Source of the DNA: a virus
IMG/VR virus record: IMGVR_UViG_3300043468_000422
Length of the DNA: 39,792 bases
Direction: 5' to 3' (one strand)
Below the pieces are notes generated by a model. That model did not search any database, had not been told where the DNA came from, and saw only the letters and a program-made list of their open reading frames with translations. Both the position numbers and the translations under genes were made by a program. Below are positions 15,219 through 25,534 of this stretch, piece after piece. Position 1 is the stretch's first letter. Every line of letters starts with the position of its first letter.

Positions 15219-16002
15219 GTGCTATCCCGCCACAAGTCAAACGCCGGACAGCAACACAGCTGCACACCAACACCAGCCACCAGCTAGGCGATCGCCGCAA
15301 ATGCTTACTACTTGCCGACCCTATCCCCTATTGCCAAGCCGTATCGGGGTACCCCCACCCATTCAGCCGGCCAAACCAACCGGCAACACCAACGCCGGCA
15401 GAGATCGACAGCTCACACCAATCACCCAGCACCTAGATCACTAACTGGGGTAGTGCCTTGGCCACCGCCCCCTCTATATATCTATTATCTGTTGTGTCGA
15501 TATTTGGTTTTGTGAACGCTGTGAGTGGTCGGCTCTTTGGGTTGTGGTGGGTTGACTACTGTGTGTGGTTTCGGGTTTGTATCGTGTTGGGAGATATATA
15601 CATAAATGTGTATCTCCTGGGGTGATGGCGGCCAAAGAGTGATGGTGTTTGCTCCCCCCACGGTTCGCTCTTGGGAGCAGGTCGCCGTAGCTAAGTTCTT
15701 TTAGCCGACACCTTTATTTAATGATTTGACGTTCATCACGCTGCTTGATCTATCAATTAGATCATCGAACCACGTTTCCGTGGATGAATGTCCCGCCCTG
15801 TGCAACGAGGGTACGACCGTGATACTTGCCGGTTGTTTTGTTTGATGATACATCATGGTTTGTCTCACGCTGTCTCATGTGCAGATATTCTTCTGATATA
15901 TCAAAGAGTCAATGTTGGTGGGCGAGGGGAGAACCGGAGTTAGTAACCCGACGAAACTATCTCAACGGACACACCCACCAACAGGTGTATGATAGCACCA
16001 CA

Positions 16003-17979
16003 ATGACTGCTGGACGTTCAGGGCGACGACAAATACCGCCACAAGATGTTGCACGTTTTTGGCAGGCACGGGCATCAGGTATGTCGATCAAAGATGCAGC
16101 GAAAATCGCTGGTGTGCATATCAACACCGCACAAAAGTGGGACTCTAAGAAGCGTAAAGTTAAAGCAGAGTTAGAGTTAGCGAACCTGGATGGGGCTAAA
16201 GTACGCAAAAAAGAAGGTGGTGTACAAGCTGACGCATGGCAAAAAGTTATGGATGTGTCCGATCTGCCACCGGTTATTCCGTATGACCGTCTAAAACCTG
16301 AAGCGCAACGGGCGTTAACCGATTTCGATTATTTCCGTAGACGCTATTTGGGTCGTGTGCCTTCACCGTGGCAGGTTGATGCCGCATATCAGATTGAAGC
16401 ATGGCTTTACAACGACGATAAAGAGTTTGTGGTGTTGAACTGTCCCCCAGGTGCAGGCAAATCCACTTTGTTCCATGATGTGGCTGTGTGGCAGATTGTC
16501 AAGAACCGCAAGATTCGTGTAATGATCGGTTCCGTGTCACAAGCTTTGGCAAAGATGTATTCGCGCCGTATTCGTGAAACCCTGGAACGCCAGTTCCCTC
16601 TAGACCCTGACCCGATCCTGATAGACAAAGGGTTAGCTATCAAAGCCGAAGCATGTCTTGCCATAGACTTTGGTAGGTTTAAGCCTTCAACAAGTGGTAG
16701 TCTGTGGCGAGCCGAAGAATTTATTGTCGAACAGGAGGACATGGGTGGACTGGACAACAAAGAACCTACTGTTAGTGCTTACGGTATCGAGTCTGAGTTC
16801 ATTGGCCACCGTGCGGATCTCTGCTTATTTGACGACGTTGCGAGTCCGGAAAATGCTAAAGAAAGTGCGGCACGAGATAAACTTATTGAACGATGGGACT
16901 CCATGGCAGAAGCTCGCGTCGACCCAGGCGGCCTTCTCGCAGTTGTCGGACAAAGACTCGGACCTCTTGACCTCTACGCCCACTGCCTCTCCAAAATCAC
17001 GTACGAAGATTTCGAAGACAACTACGACGGGTCAGACACCACGGACATCTCCGAAGACAAAGAACCCCTCAAAAAGCACAAGTACCACCACCTCATCTAC
17101 AAAGCGTATTACGAAGAACTAGACACAGGTAAACTTTCTAAACGTAACAGTTCACCAGCATGGCCTGAAGGCCCACTGCTAGACCCGTACCGTCTGTCTT
17201 GGAAAGACCTATCGTATGTGAAGCACTCTAACCCTGCAAAGTTTGCTGTGGTATATCAACAAGAAGATCAAGCTGAAGGCAACTACCTCATTGAACGGGT
17301 GTGGGCTACCGGTGGTGTGGGTGCTGACGGTGTGATGTATCCAGGGTGTATTGACAATGACCGTCGCCCAGGACATATTCCACAAAACTTGCAGCCACCA
17401 CTTATTTCGATTGCTTCGGTTGACCCGTCACCAACAATGTTTTGGGCTATCCAATGGTGGATCTACCAACCTGAAACCAACCTACGGTTCCTGATTGATT
17501 GTGAGCGCGTAAAACTTACCGCTGAAGGATTGTTGGGATATGACATTTCTGGGCGCACATATTCAGGGATCATGGAAGATTGGCAGAACCGTTCATTTGA
17601 GTACGGCTACCCAATCTCCCACTGGATTGTGGAAGTAAACGCAGCTCAACGATTCTTGTTGGCACACGACTTTGTTCGCAAATGGCAGGCATTACACACC
17701 GTGAACGTGATACCTCACACCACTAGCCGCAACAAACTAGACGAAAACTTGGGTGTGGAAGCGTTGCTACCTAACTTGTGGCGTTCCGGTCAGGTGCGTT
17801 TGCCTACTATGCGCGAGAACTGGAAGACTTTGGCGTTCATTGAGGAGATGTCTTCGTGGACTAGAGACAAAAAAGCGGGTACCGACCTTGTGATGGCACA
17901 CTGGTTTGCTGAATTACATGCACCGAAACTTCGACAGGGTGTTGCCCCACCGAAACAGTGGCGACCTTCTTGGATTTAG
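16003..17979 (+). CDS. terL: Terminase large subunit with an N-terminal HTH extension
   Basis: Walker A NCPPGAGKST, Walker B-like ADLCLFDDV and a long C-terminal nuclease-size region. HTH MSIKDAAKIAGVHINTAQKW. The start is uncertain because the ORF is open from 15826; ATG 16003 was chosen. Confidence 0.85.
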   Translation: MTAGRSGRRQIPPQDVARFWQARASGMSIKDAAKIAGVHINTAQKWDSKKRKVKAELELANLDGAKVRKKEGGVQADAWQKVMDVSDLPPVIPYDRLKPEAQRALTDFDYFRRRYLGRVPSPWQVDAAYQIEAWLYNDDKEFVVLNCPPGAGKSTLFHDVAVWQIVKNRKIRVMIGSVSQALAKMYSRRIRETLERQFPLDPDPILIDKGLAIKAEACLAIDFGRFKPSTSGSLWRAEEFIVEQEDMGGLDNKEPTVSAYGIESEFIGHRADLCLFDDVASPENAKESAARDKLIERWDSMAEARVDPGGLLAVVGQRLGPLDLYAHCLSKITYEDFEDNYDGSDTTDISEDKEPLKKHKYHHLIYKAYYEELDTGKLSKRNSSPAWPEGPLLDPYRLSWKDLSYVKHSNPAKFAVVYQQEDQAEGNYLIERVWATGGVGADGVMYPGCIDNDRRPGHIPQNLQPPLISIASVDPSPTMFWAIQWWIYQPETNLRFLIDCERVKLTAEGLLGYDISGRTYSGIMEDWQNRSFEYGYPISHWIVEVNAAQRFLLAHDFVRKWQALHTVNVIPHTTSRNKLDENLGVEALLPNLWRSGQVRLPTMRENWKTLAFIEEMSSWTRDKKAGTDLVMAHWFAELHAPKLRQGVAPPKQWRPSWI

Positions 17980-18018
17980 TATGGTATCTTTGTTCTAATT
18001 CTCAAACACAGGAGTTTT

Positions 18019-18372
18019 ATGGCTACGGCAAAAAAGAAAGCACCAGCAAAGCAGGCTCCTGCAAAGAAGGCTTCTGCAAAAAAACCTAAAGGTCTTGATT
18101 CTGACGGCAACCCAATTAACCTAAGTAGCAATTCAAGCCGAAACAAGGAAGCCAATCGTGCTTTTGACGCATTGAGGTCAGGCAATAAACAATCATACAA
18201 AGTTGCTGGTCGCAACATTTCTGACTTTGCCCGCAATCAACCATCGTTACAAAGTGGAAGTATGGCAAGAAAACCTATTGCGCTAGGTGGTTCTGGTCCG
18301 TCAAGAGGTTCTGGTGGCAACATGGGTGGTCGCGGCAACATGGGTGGCGGTCTTCGCAAGCAAGGTAAATAG
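18019..18372 (+). CDS. Lys/Ala-rich basic protein with a Gly/Arg-rich tail
   Basis: RBS aggag. N-terminus AKKKAPAKQAPAKKASAKKPK and C-terminus GGNMGGRGNMGGGLRKQGK. Confidence 0.7.
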   Translation: MATAKKKAPAKQAPAKKASAKKPKGLDSDGNPINLSSNSSRNKEANRAFDALRSGNKQSYKVAGRNISDFARNQPSLQSGSMARKPIALGGSGPSRGSGGNMGGRGNMGGGLRKQGK

Positions 18373-18376
18373 TTAA

Positions 18377-20137
18377 TTGCTTACCACTGAAGAAATCGTT
18401 GCTCTCTATGAGCAGAGGCGCAGAGCGCAGGGTCCTTTGCAGGAACAAATGCGCCGTGTACGCGACCTCGCTAACGGTGATGTGATTGTTCCACTAAACG
18501 AACTAGACAAAAACGCTAAAGCATCTGTAGCAAACCTGTTAGTGCAGGGATTAGATCAAATGTCGATGCGTGTCGCATCAACAATGCCAACCCCGTACTT
18601 CCCACCAGTCAAAGAAGGCTCAGACCGTTCCAAGTCCACAGCCAAAATGCGTAAACGGGCGATGCTCTCTATTTGGGATCACAACCGTATGCAAATGAAG
18701 ATGCGTCGCCGCGCACGACACCTTCTCGGCTACTCACAGTCGGCTGTTGTACTCAAGCCTGACTTCAAAACTTTGATGCCAACATGGACTGTACGCAACC
18801 CACTAGATACCTACCCTGCGTTCACCGATGATCCAGATAACCCAGTCCCAGAAGACTGCATTTTTACATTCAAAGCCACAGCCGCATACCTGCTACAAAA
18901 CTATGGCGATCTGGTGCTAGGTAAATTGCGTATGGGCAAAGTTGATGGCTCAACCAAATACACGATGCTCGAATATGTGGCACCCGACTACATGTATCTA
19001 GTCGTTTTAGGTGCAGAAGACAACCCAACCCTCAACGCATCAGAACGCGCCGGTATTGAAGCACTCACTATTGAGATGATTCCGAACCGCACCAACATGC
19101 CGTTGGCTGTTGTAGCAAACCGCATCACCCTAGACAAGCCTCGCGGCCAGTTTGACGGTGTGATGGGCATGTACTACACACGCGCACGACTACAAGCATT
19201 AACCGAAATCGCTATCGAACGAGGCATATTCCCTGAAGAATATCTGATTGCACGACCAGGCGAAAACCCTGAAATCATGCAAGTAGCAAACGGCAAACAA
19301 GGACAGTTAGGTATTGTTAAAGGTGGCGACATTCAACAGTTGCAACTCAACCCAGGCTATAAGACCGATACCGCATTAGATCGTTTGGAGCGTCAAGAAC
19401 GCTTAGAGGGTGCAATTCCCGCAGAGTTCGGCGGTGAATCAGCATCCAATATCCGAACTGGTCGTCGCGGAGAATCAGTCCTTTCAGCAACCGTAGATTT
19501 CCGTGTTCAAGAAGCACAAGCAACCTTTGAACAATCACTGTTCGCAGAAGACAAGATCGCTATTGCAATCGAAAAAGCGTACTGGGGTAACACCACCAAA
19601 ACATTCTATATGGGTGCCAAACAGTCAGCTGGCATGGAGTCATACCAACCAAACAAAATTTGGCAAACAGACTTCCACTATGTCGCATACTCGGCAGCAG
19701 GATCAGACGTAAACAGTTTGATCGTAGGTTTAGGTCAGCGGCTCGGAACGGGCTTAATGAGTAAAGAATCAGCGCGTGAAGCCGACCCACTCATATCCGA
19801 CCCTGACCTAGAACACGACCGCATCATCGCAGAAGGAGTTGAAGCTGCGTTACTATCATCCATACAACAGCAGGCTGCGAATCCTGAAGGCCCGTATCAG
19901 CCAGAAGATTTGGCATACCTCACCAAACTTGTCGTCGAACAAGACGTACCCCTATTCGACGCTGTTAAACGGACAGACCAGCGGGCCAAAGACCGCCAAG
20001 CAGCACAAGCACCAGCAGGCGCACCAGAAACAATGCCAGGACTAGCGATGCCAGGAATGGGCGCACAACAACCTGCCGAAGCACCAGCAGGTCCACCAGG
20101 AATAGAAGGACTGTTAGCACAACTAGGGGGTAGATAA
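18377..20137 (+). CDS. Portal protein (by position and size)
   Basis: 586 aa, lying directly after the terminase block, with a TTG start. No motif-level proof. Confidence 0.7.
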   Translation: MLTTEEIVALYEQRRRAQGPLQEQMRRVRDLANGDVIVPLNELDKNAKASVANLLVQGLDQMSMRVASTMPTPYFPPVKEGSDRSKSTAKMRKRAMLSIWDHNRMQMKMRRRARHLLGYSQSAVVLKPDFKTLMPTWTVRNPLDTYPAFTDDPDNPVPEDCIFTFKATAAYLLQNYGDLVLGKLRMGKVDGSTKYTMLEYVAPDYMYLVVLGAEDNPTLNASERAGIEALTIEMIPNRTNMPLAVVANRITLDKPRGQFDGVMGMYYTRARLQALTEIAIERGIFPEEYLIARPGENPEIMQVANGKQGQLGIVKGGDIQQLQLNPGYKTDTALDRLERQERLEGAIPAEFGGESASNIRTGRRGESVLSATVDFRVQEAQATFEQSLFAEDKIAIAIEKAYWGNTTKTFYMGAKQSAGMESYQPNKIWQTDFHYVAYSAAGSDVNSLIVGLGQRLGTGLMSKESAREADPLISDPDLEHDRIIAEGVEAALLSSIQQQAANPEGPYQPEDLAYLTKLVVEQDVPLFDAVKRTDQRAKDRQAAQAPAGAPETMPGLAMPGMGAQQPAEAPAGPPGIEGLLAQLGGR

Positions 20138-20502
20138 TGGCTGCATACGCTCAACGAACCGATCTAAACTCATCTGCGATGACACCAGAATACGGTGGTA
20201 TCAAAAAGTTGGCTGACGCACAAAAAGCTGTACCAATGGGTGCATCACCAGCAGCCGCACCACAAATCCAACGCCCTGTGCCTGGAGCAGCAGGACCGTT
20301 GACACGCCCAACAGAACGACCACTAGAACCGATTACCGCTGGCGCAAACTTTGGTCCAGGACCTAACGCTATGGCCGCAGGTATTCCTATTCCGCGTTCA
20401 TCCAATGTTGTTGCTATTGAAGAACTACGCGCTATTGCACAAATGTATGCTTCGGATGACCTGCTCGACTTGTTGGATGCGTATGGAAATGATGTTCAGT
20501 GA
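20137..20502 (+). CDS. Hypothetical virion-module protein
   Basis: TAATG coupling to the portal gene. Pro/Ala-rich centre. Confidence 0.6.
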   Translation: MAAYAQRTDLNSSAMTPEYGGIKKLADAQKAVPMGASPAAAPQIQRPVPGAAGPLTRPTERPLEPITAGANFGPGPNAMAAGIPIPRSSNVVAIEELRAIAQMYASDDLLDLLDAYGNDVQ

Positions 20503-23500
20503 AACTCGGACAACAGATTCCAGCAATAAATGTTGTTAACGAAATAAACAAGCCTGCTGCCGCACCCGCACCTGCGGCGATGACACCACAGCAACTACAA
20601 AAACTTACTGAAATCAAAACCCGTGCCGGATGGCTGTCGCCAAGTGAAGTACTGTCCCTAGCCAAAGGTGATGCCACCACACAGGCTGTTGATGCTGTTG
20701 CCACAATGAAAGCAAAACAGATTGTTGACGATCAAGGCTCTGATGAACCTGGTGGTAACTGGATTGAACGCAACGTATACGACAAACTTAAAGCGACAAC
20801 ACGATACACGTTTGCAGGATTGAACTTTGTCCCAGAATTTGTGCAAGGTGGTGCGGCACAGTTTTTTGATGACAACACAGACGTTGACGGTTTCATGATT
20901 TCCACAACACTTGGTTCGTTGTTGGCAAACCCCGAACTTCAAGGCGAAGGATTTTTTGCTGGCGACAAGCTAATGGAAAAGCAGGCTGAACGCGCACGAC
21001 GTTACCGTGGAACAGTAAACGGTTCCGCTTGGACCGTGGGCCGTGGTGCAGCAAACCTGGTGTTCAAACCTAAGTCGTTGCCATACAACGTGATGTCCGG
21101 TGTGTTGGATGCGTTGGTAATGATTAAAGCCGACCCTACAGGGCCGATTGTCAAAGGTGTCAAGTTGGCTACTGCTGGCGGTTTAACTGTTGGCGGCGCA
21201 AAAGTGCTTGGCACAAGCAAAGTGCCACGACTATCCGTGGCAGCATTGAAAGCACTTCGAGAAGAACTTGCTTCAGGTATTGGCTTAACTAAAGGTCTAG
21301 CCGAATATGGTTTAGACGGAACAGCATACGATACGTTCTCTCGCACTAACCGCCGTTTCGTGACATTGATTGATCGTCTTGTGGGAGAAAAAAGTGCTTC
21401 GCGAATAGCAGAAGACATCTTTGACCACAAACTACCCAACGAAGTCGTAAACGCTTTGGCTGACGCAAACGATCCCGAAGTGGTGCGAGCCATTCTTGCT
21501 ACAGGATGGGGTATTTCGGATCAAGCATTACCACAAGATATTCGTAATATCCAAAAAACGTTGTTGGGTTCACGCACCGTTCTTGGTACCGCTATTGGTG
21601 ATATTGCTCACGAACGCATGCCAATGATCGATGGTATCCGCAAGTCACGATACTTCACTGCTATGGCAAAAGGTTTAGTTGTAGTCAACGGTGACACTAA
21701 CGACAACCGTAAAGCAGTAAAAACAATTATTTCATATTTGCGTACAGCCGGAGTTGCCCCAGAAACCGTTGACGAGATTGCGAACATGGCGATGCGTTCG
21801 TTTGTTCCGTCTGGTTCTGATGCCGCTCGTAAGTCAACAATGGAAGTTTTCGAGGGAACACTGAAAGCCGTAATGAAGCAAGACGGCGTGACTGATGAAG
21901 TAATAAATGAACTGTTTACTAGGTCGCGAAGCGGCATAGAAAAAGCCCGCATCTATTTGCAGAACAGGGCTGGACAGGCAACAGACAACGGATACCACAC
22001 ATGGTTGATGAATAAAGACCGTGGTTTTATTCCAGAAGAACAACTTGAATTGATGTTGTCCGAGTTAGGTTATCGAAATGGCGACCAAATGGCGTTTACT
22101 TCGCCAACTGAACTGGTAGAAATGTTGGACCGAGTTCAGGTGTTGCCAGATTTGCGTGATGTTCGACGTATCACAAGAAACAAACTGTTCCGTGACGTAT
22201 TGGGCGAACAAGATATTGTCGGGAAGATACCGTTGGCAGCAAAACGCGGGAAAAGACTTGTTACTACTATTACGGATCAAGCAGAATTTGATCGTTTGGG
22301 CAGAGAACTGACTCAGTTGCGTAAAGCACCAAACAAAACAGAAGACATGTTTAACAAGATAGAAGAATTGCTATTTCAGCAAAACTCGCTAAAAGTTAAA
22401 GAACTAAAAAAGGTTATTACACCAGAGCAACGTGGTGCCATAAACGCGATTGACTATGTGCAGAACCAGTTGTGGAAACCGTTGGCTTTGGCAACAGGTG
22501 GGTATGTTGTGCGTAACTCGCTTGACGCGCAGGTTCGTATGGCGTTTAGTGAATTGCCAAGTTTGATTACGCACCCGCTGCAATATATTGGTCTTGTTAC
22601 CGGCACATCAAAAAAGATGAGTCTCAAATTTGAAAACCTTGCCGCGCTTGGCACAACAGCAAGTCAAGAAACCATAAGCAAACTTGGCACCCAGATTGAC
22701 GAGCTAAGGGCAATCACAAATCGAACAGCAAAACAAGAAGCAAAACTGGCCAAACTTGTTGGCAAACAAGATGAAATGATGCTGACCAATGAAGGTTTGT
22801 TGGATGAAGGTTTGCAAGATTTGGCTCAACAGTTAGGTTTTGGTTTGGATAAACAAGGTCTTGGTGCGATGGACTTTGACGACACTATGACCAAAACAGG
22901 TCATTTCGAAAACGTGTCCAGAGGTGACGCTGGTGGTGTTGCCCGTCACACTGACGCTGTAGCACAAAACGGGTACAGAACATTCAATGATCCTTTCCGT
23001 CGTTTGGCAGCACAAACCTTTGTCGAATTTGGTGGGGTGTCACAAACATCACGCGATGCCGCAGCAAGCCGAATTGTCAACTTGATCAGAAGCAACCCAA
23101 AACTTAAAGAAGACGTTTATGCGATGCACCTTAAAGGTTTTCAAGTAACAAATGCTAGAACAGGATTGCGTAGTAGCACTGGCGCAATAGATTTGGCTGC
23201 CCTACCAGAAGATGAGATGGTTCAGGCTTTGTGGCAATACGCCCAAAGAATTTCTGTTGAAAACGCACAAACATTTACAGGCAACGTATATGAAGTTCAA
23301 TTTATGTATTCGTTTAACCGCGTACCAAAAACCATTGGAAAGAAAATTGTTCCGGCGTTTGAAACAGAAGCGGGAACTTTGGTTGATACCGAAGGTGGGA
23401 TGCTGCGTGTCGGGTCAATTGTGGAAATTTCTGACAACGAAGTTGGTGTTGTAACTAGTTTCAAAGATTCTATTTCAAGAGAAATGCTCATTGATCCGTA

Positions 23501-25532
23501 CACGGGCGGTGTGGTTGAAGCAACAGGATACGGTGATGATGCCATCGCTATAGTCCAACCGGTAGAAAATGGTGACGCTTTTGGTAACGGCGAAGGCACA
23601 CAGGCGGCGCGTCGGATAATTGGTAGCACACCAGTTTATGATGAAACCACCAAAAGGGGATTGCCTCAAACGCTAAAGCGCGAAGTATCCCAATTCGATC
23701 CAAAGGATTCAGGTAAAATCCAATCTTTTCAAAACACGATGGATACCAGTACCGAATGGTTTTTCAGCCATATTTACGGTACGGTCACACGCAAACTTGA
23801 ACGATCACCAGTGTTTCGTGAATACTATTACAAAGAAGTGAACGCGCTAATTGATCGTCTTGATCCTGCGGAAGCACAAAAGTTTTTGTTGAAAGTAGAA
23901 AAATCAGCCAAAGACGCTGGCATGACCCCAGAAAAATATGTTGGAGACAAAGAGATTATTGCTCGTATGAGAGCATCAAGTAAAACTGCTGGCGATGTGA
24001 CCATCAACGAATTAGATGAGTTTGCCAAAGTCCAAGCAGTCACCAAGATGAAAGAACTTTTGTACGATGCCTCAGAGCGAAGCAATCTACAAGACGCGCT
24101 GCGCATCATCATGCCGTTTGCTCCAGCGTGGAAAGAAGTTATCGGCACATACGCAGGGTTCCTAAAATCAGACCCGATTGGTGCAGCAAGAAACTTCCAA
24201 AGGGTTTACAGTGGTGTTGGCAACGCCGACCCAGACAACGATGGTCGAGGGTTCTTCTACAAAGACCCAACCACGGGTCAGACCATGTTTACGTTCCCAG
24301 GATCAGGGACTTTGGCTAAAGCATTGACGGGTTTGGATGCCACCCTTGAAGCACCTGTGGCGCGTTTGTCGCAAGGTATTCAGTCGTTCCCTGCGCTCGG
24401 TCCAATGGCGCAAATTGCGGCCTCTAAGCTCATCCCTGATGTTCCTGAAACAGATTTTGTTGTTGGACTGTTGTTGCCGTACGGTCGCAAAGGTATCGGG
24501 GCCGTAGCACCACTTCCACCGTATGCAACAAAACTGTATGCGGCATTTGCAGCAAATGAGGATGATTTGACAGGCATCTATGCCAACACATACATCGAAA
24601 CCTTGAGAGCGTTGTCTGCTACTGGCGACTATGACATGTCTAGCAAAGACGAAATTTTGCAACTACAAAAAGACGCAAAGTTTAAGGCACGAATTTTGAC
24701 TGGCTTCCGAGCAATCTCGCAGTTTGCTGGTCCAACAGCAGGAACCACAGAGTTCAAAATTGGAACAGAATCCGGCGACCAATTCGTGTCTGCGTTGATC
24801 AAAGAATTTTATGATATGCAAGCCGATCCTGCTATTGGATACGACAAAGCACTGCCACAGTTTTTGGCTAAATACGGCGACGAAGTGGCGTTGTATGTTG
24901 CGTCAAAAAGCCGATCCACCGTTGAAGGTTTGGAAGCAACGTCAGAGTTCCGTGAATGGGAATCAAAGAACAAAGACATTATTGCTGTGTATCCAGAGGT
25001 GGCAAGGTATTTGGCTCCTACGGGTTCAGAGTTTAACTTTGCTGTTTATGATCGTCAGCTTCGTGCAGGCGAACGAGTCAAATTAACAGATAACCAAATC
25101 ATCGAGTTGGCTCAAATCCGTATTGGTTCAGCCAATTTCCGTCATGCTCGCGAAATGGTTGGGCCATATCCTGACGCTAACGCCAAAGACATGTTGAAAC
25201 AGTATCGGACATACCTGTCTAAGAAGTATCCTGGGTTCCCTGCCGTGGCAGAGTTTCAGGTTGGTAAGTATTACAACGACATTATTGATTTGAAGCAGCT
25301 GGTGTTTGATAAGCGTGTTCAGCCTGATGGTACTGTTGATTCTATTAAACAGTATCTATCGGCACGTGAGCAGGCGATTGCTGCTTCGGGTGTTTCTGAG
25401 CAAGGTTTCCGTTCTGCGAAGTCTGCGGAAGGGTTGCGGGATCAGTTGGCTAGTATTGGTTTGGCATTATCTCAGCGTGAGCCTAATTTTGCCCGTATTT
25501 ATGATCGTCTATTAGCATCGGAAGTTGAGTAG
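20499..25532 (+). CDS. Giant 1677-aa virion-associated protein (candidate internal/ejection protein)
   Basis: GTGA coupling. One uninterrupted 5-kb ORF with non-repetitive composition. I recognise no enzymatic motif. Confidence 0.85.
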   Translation: MKLGQQIPAINVVNEINKPAAAPAPAAMTPQQLQKLTEIKTRAGWLSPSEVLSLAKGDATTQAVDAVATMKAKQIVDDQGSDEPGGNWIERNVYDKLKATTRYTFAGLNFVPEFVQGGAAQFFDDNTDVDGFMISTTLGSLLANPELQGEGFFAGDKLMEKQAERARRYRGTVNGSAWTVGRGAANLVFKPKSLPYNVMSGVLDALVMIKADPTGPIVKGVKLATAGGLTVGGAKVLGTSKVPRLSVAALKALREELASGIGLTKGLAEYGLDGTAYDTFSRTNRRFVTLIDRLVGEKSASRIAEDIFDHKLPNEVVNALADANDPEVVRAILATGWGISDQALPQDIRNIQKTLLGSRTVLGTAIGDIAHERMPMIDGIRKSRYFTAMAKGLVVVNGDTNDNRKAVKTIISYLRTAGVAPETVDEIANMAMRSFVPSGSDAARKSTMEVFEGTLKAVMKQDGVTDEVINELFTRSRSGIEKARIYLQNRAGQATDNGYHTWLMNKDRGFIPEEQLELMLSELGYRNGDQMAFTSPTELVEMLDRVQVLPDLRDVRRITRNKLFRDVLGEQDIVGKIPLAAKRGKRLVTTITDQAEFDRLGRELTQLRKAPNKTEDMFNKIEELLFQQNSLKVKELKKVITPEQRGAINAIDYVQNQLWKPLALATGGYVVRNSLDAQVRMAFSELPSLITHPLQYIGLVTGTSKKMSLKFENLAALGTTASQETISKLGTQIDELRAITNRTAKQEAKLAKLVGKQDEMMLTNEGLLDEGLQDLAQQLGFGLDKQGLGAMDFDDTMTKTGHFENVSRGDAGGVARHTDAVAQNGYRTFNDPFRRLAAQTFVEFGGVSQTSRDAAASRIVNLIRSNPKLKEDVYAMHLKGFQVTNARTGLRSSTGAIDLAALPEDEMVQALWQYAQRISVENAQTFTGNVYEVQFMYSFNRVPKTIGKKIVPAFETEAGTLVDTEGGMLRVGSIVEISDNEVGVVTSFKDSISREMLIDPYTGGVVEATGYGDDAIAIVQPVENGDAFGNGEGTQAARRIIGSTPVYDETTKRGLPQTLKREVSQFDPKDSGKIQSFQNTMDTSTEWFFSHIYGTVTRKLERSPVFREYYYKEVNALIDRLDPAEAQKFLLKVEKSAKDAGMTPEKYVGDKEIIARMRASSKTAGDVTINELDEFAKVQAVTKMKELLYDASERSNLQDALRIIMPFAPAWKEVIGTYAGFLKSDPIGAARNFQRVYSGVGNADPDNDGRGFFYKDPTTGQTMFTFPGSGTLAKALTGLDATLEAPVARLSQGIQSFPALGPMAQIAASKLIPDVPETDFVVGLLLPYGRKGIGAVAPLPPYATKLYAAFAANEDDLTGIYANTYIETLRALSATGDYDMSSKDEILQLQKDAKFKARILTGFRAISQFAGPTAGTTEFKIGTESGDQFVSALIKEFYDMQADPAIGYDKALPQFLAKYGDEVALYVASKSRSTVEGLEATSEFREWESKNKDIIAVYPEVARYLAPTGSEFNFAVYDRQLRAGERVKLTDNQIIELAQIRIGSANFRHAREMVGPYPDANAKDMLKQYRTYLSKKYPGFPAVAEFQVGKYYNDIIDLKQLVFDKRVQPDGTVDSIKQYLSAREQAIAASGVSEQGFRSAKSAEGLRDQLASIGLALSQREPNFARIYDRLLASEVE

Positions 25533-25534
25533 TC

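Noticed and set aside
14637-15515. Plus-strand ORFs in the A+C-rich tract: 14637..15152 (171 aa), 15187..15444 (85 aa) and 15312..15515 (67 aa). Similar ones occur at 11029..11319 and 13012..13374.
   Set aside because: The tract has almost no T or G, so stop codons are rare in every frame and long ORFs arise by chance. Their products are Pro/Arg/His/Thr low-complexity strings with no start context. 14637..15152 merely overlaps the better-supported coupled gene 14494..15111.
15606-15716. 36-codon ORF (MCISWGDGGQRV...) and a GGTTCG tRNA-like T-loop word at about 15661 in the non-coding region.
   Set aside because: The ORF has no RBS. The GGTTCGC context lacks a complementary 5-bp T-stem, the A58 position and any acceptor/anticodon arms. 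I found no tRNA cloverleaf by eye.
15826-16002. N-terminal 59 codons of the terminase ORF, starting from TTG 15826.
   Set aside because: The sequence (PVVLFDDTSWFVSRCLMCRYSSDISKSQCWW...) is not protein-like, has no RBS and overlaps palindromic non-coding elements. It is probably an open frame upstream of the true start, but the start remains uncertain.
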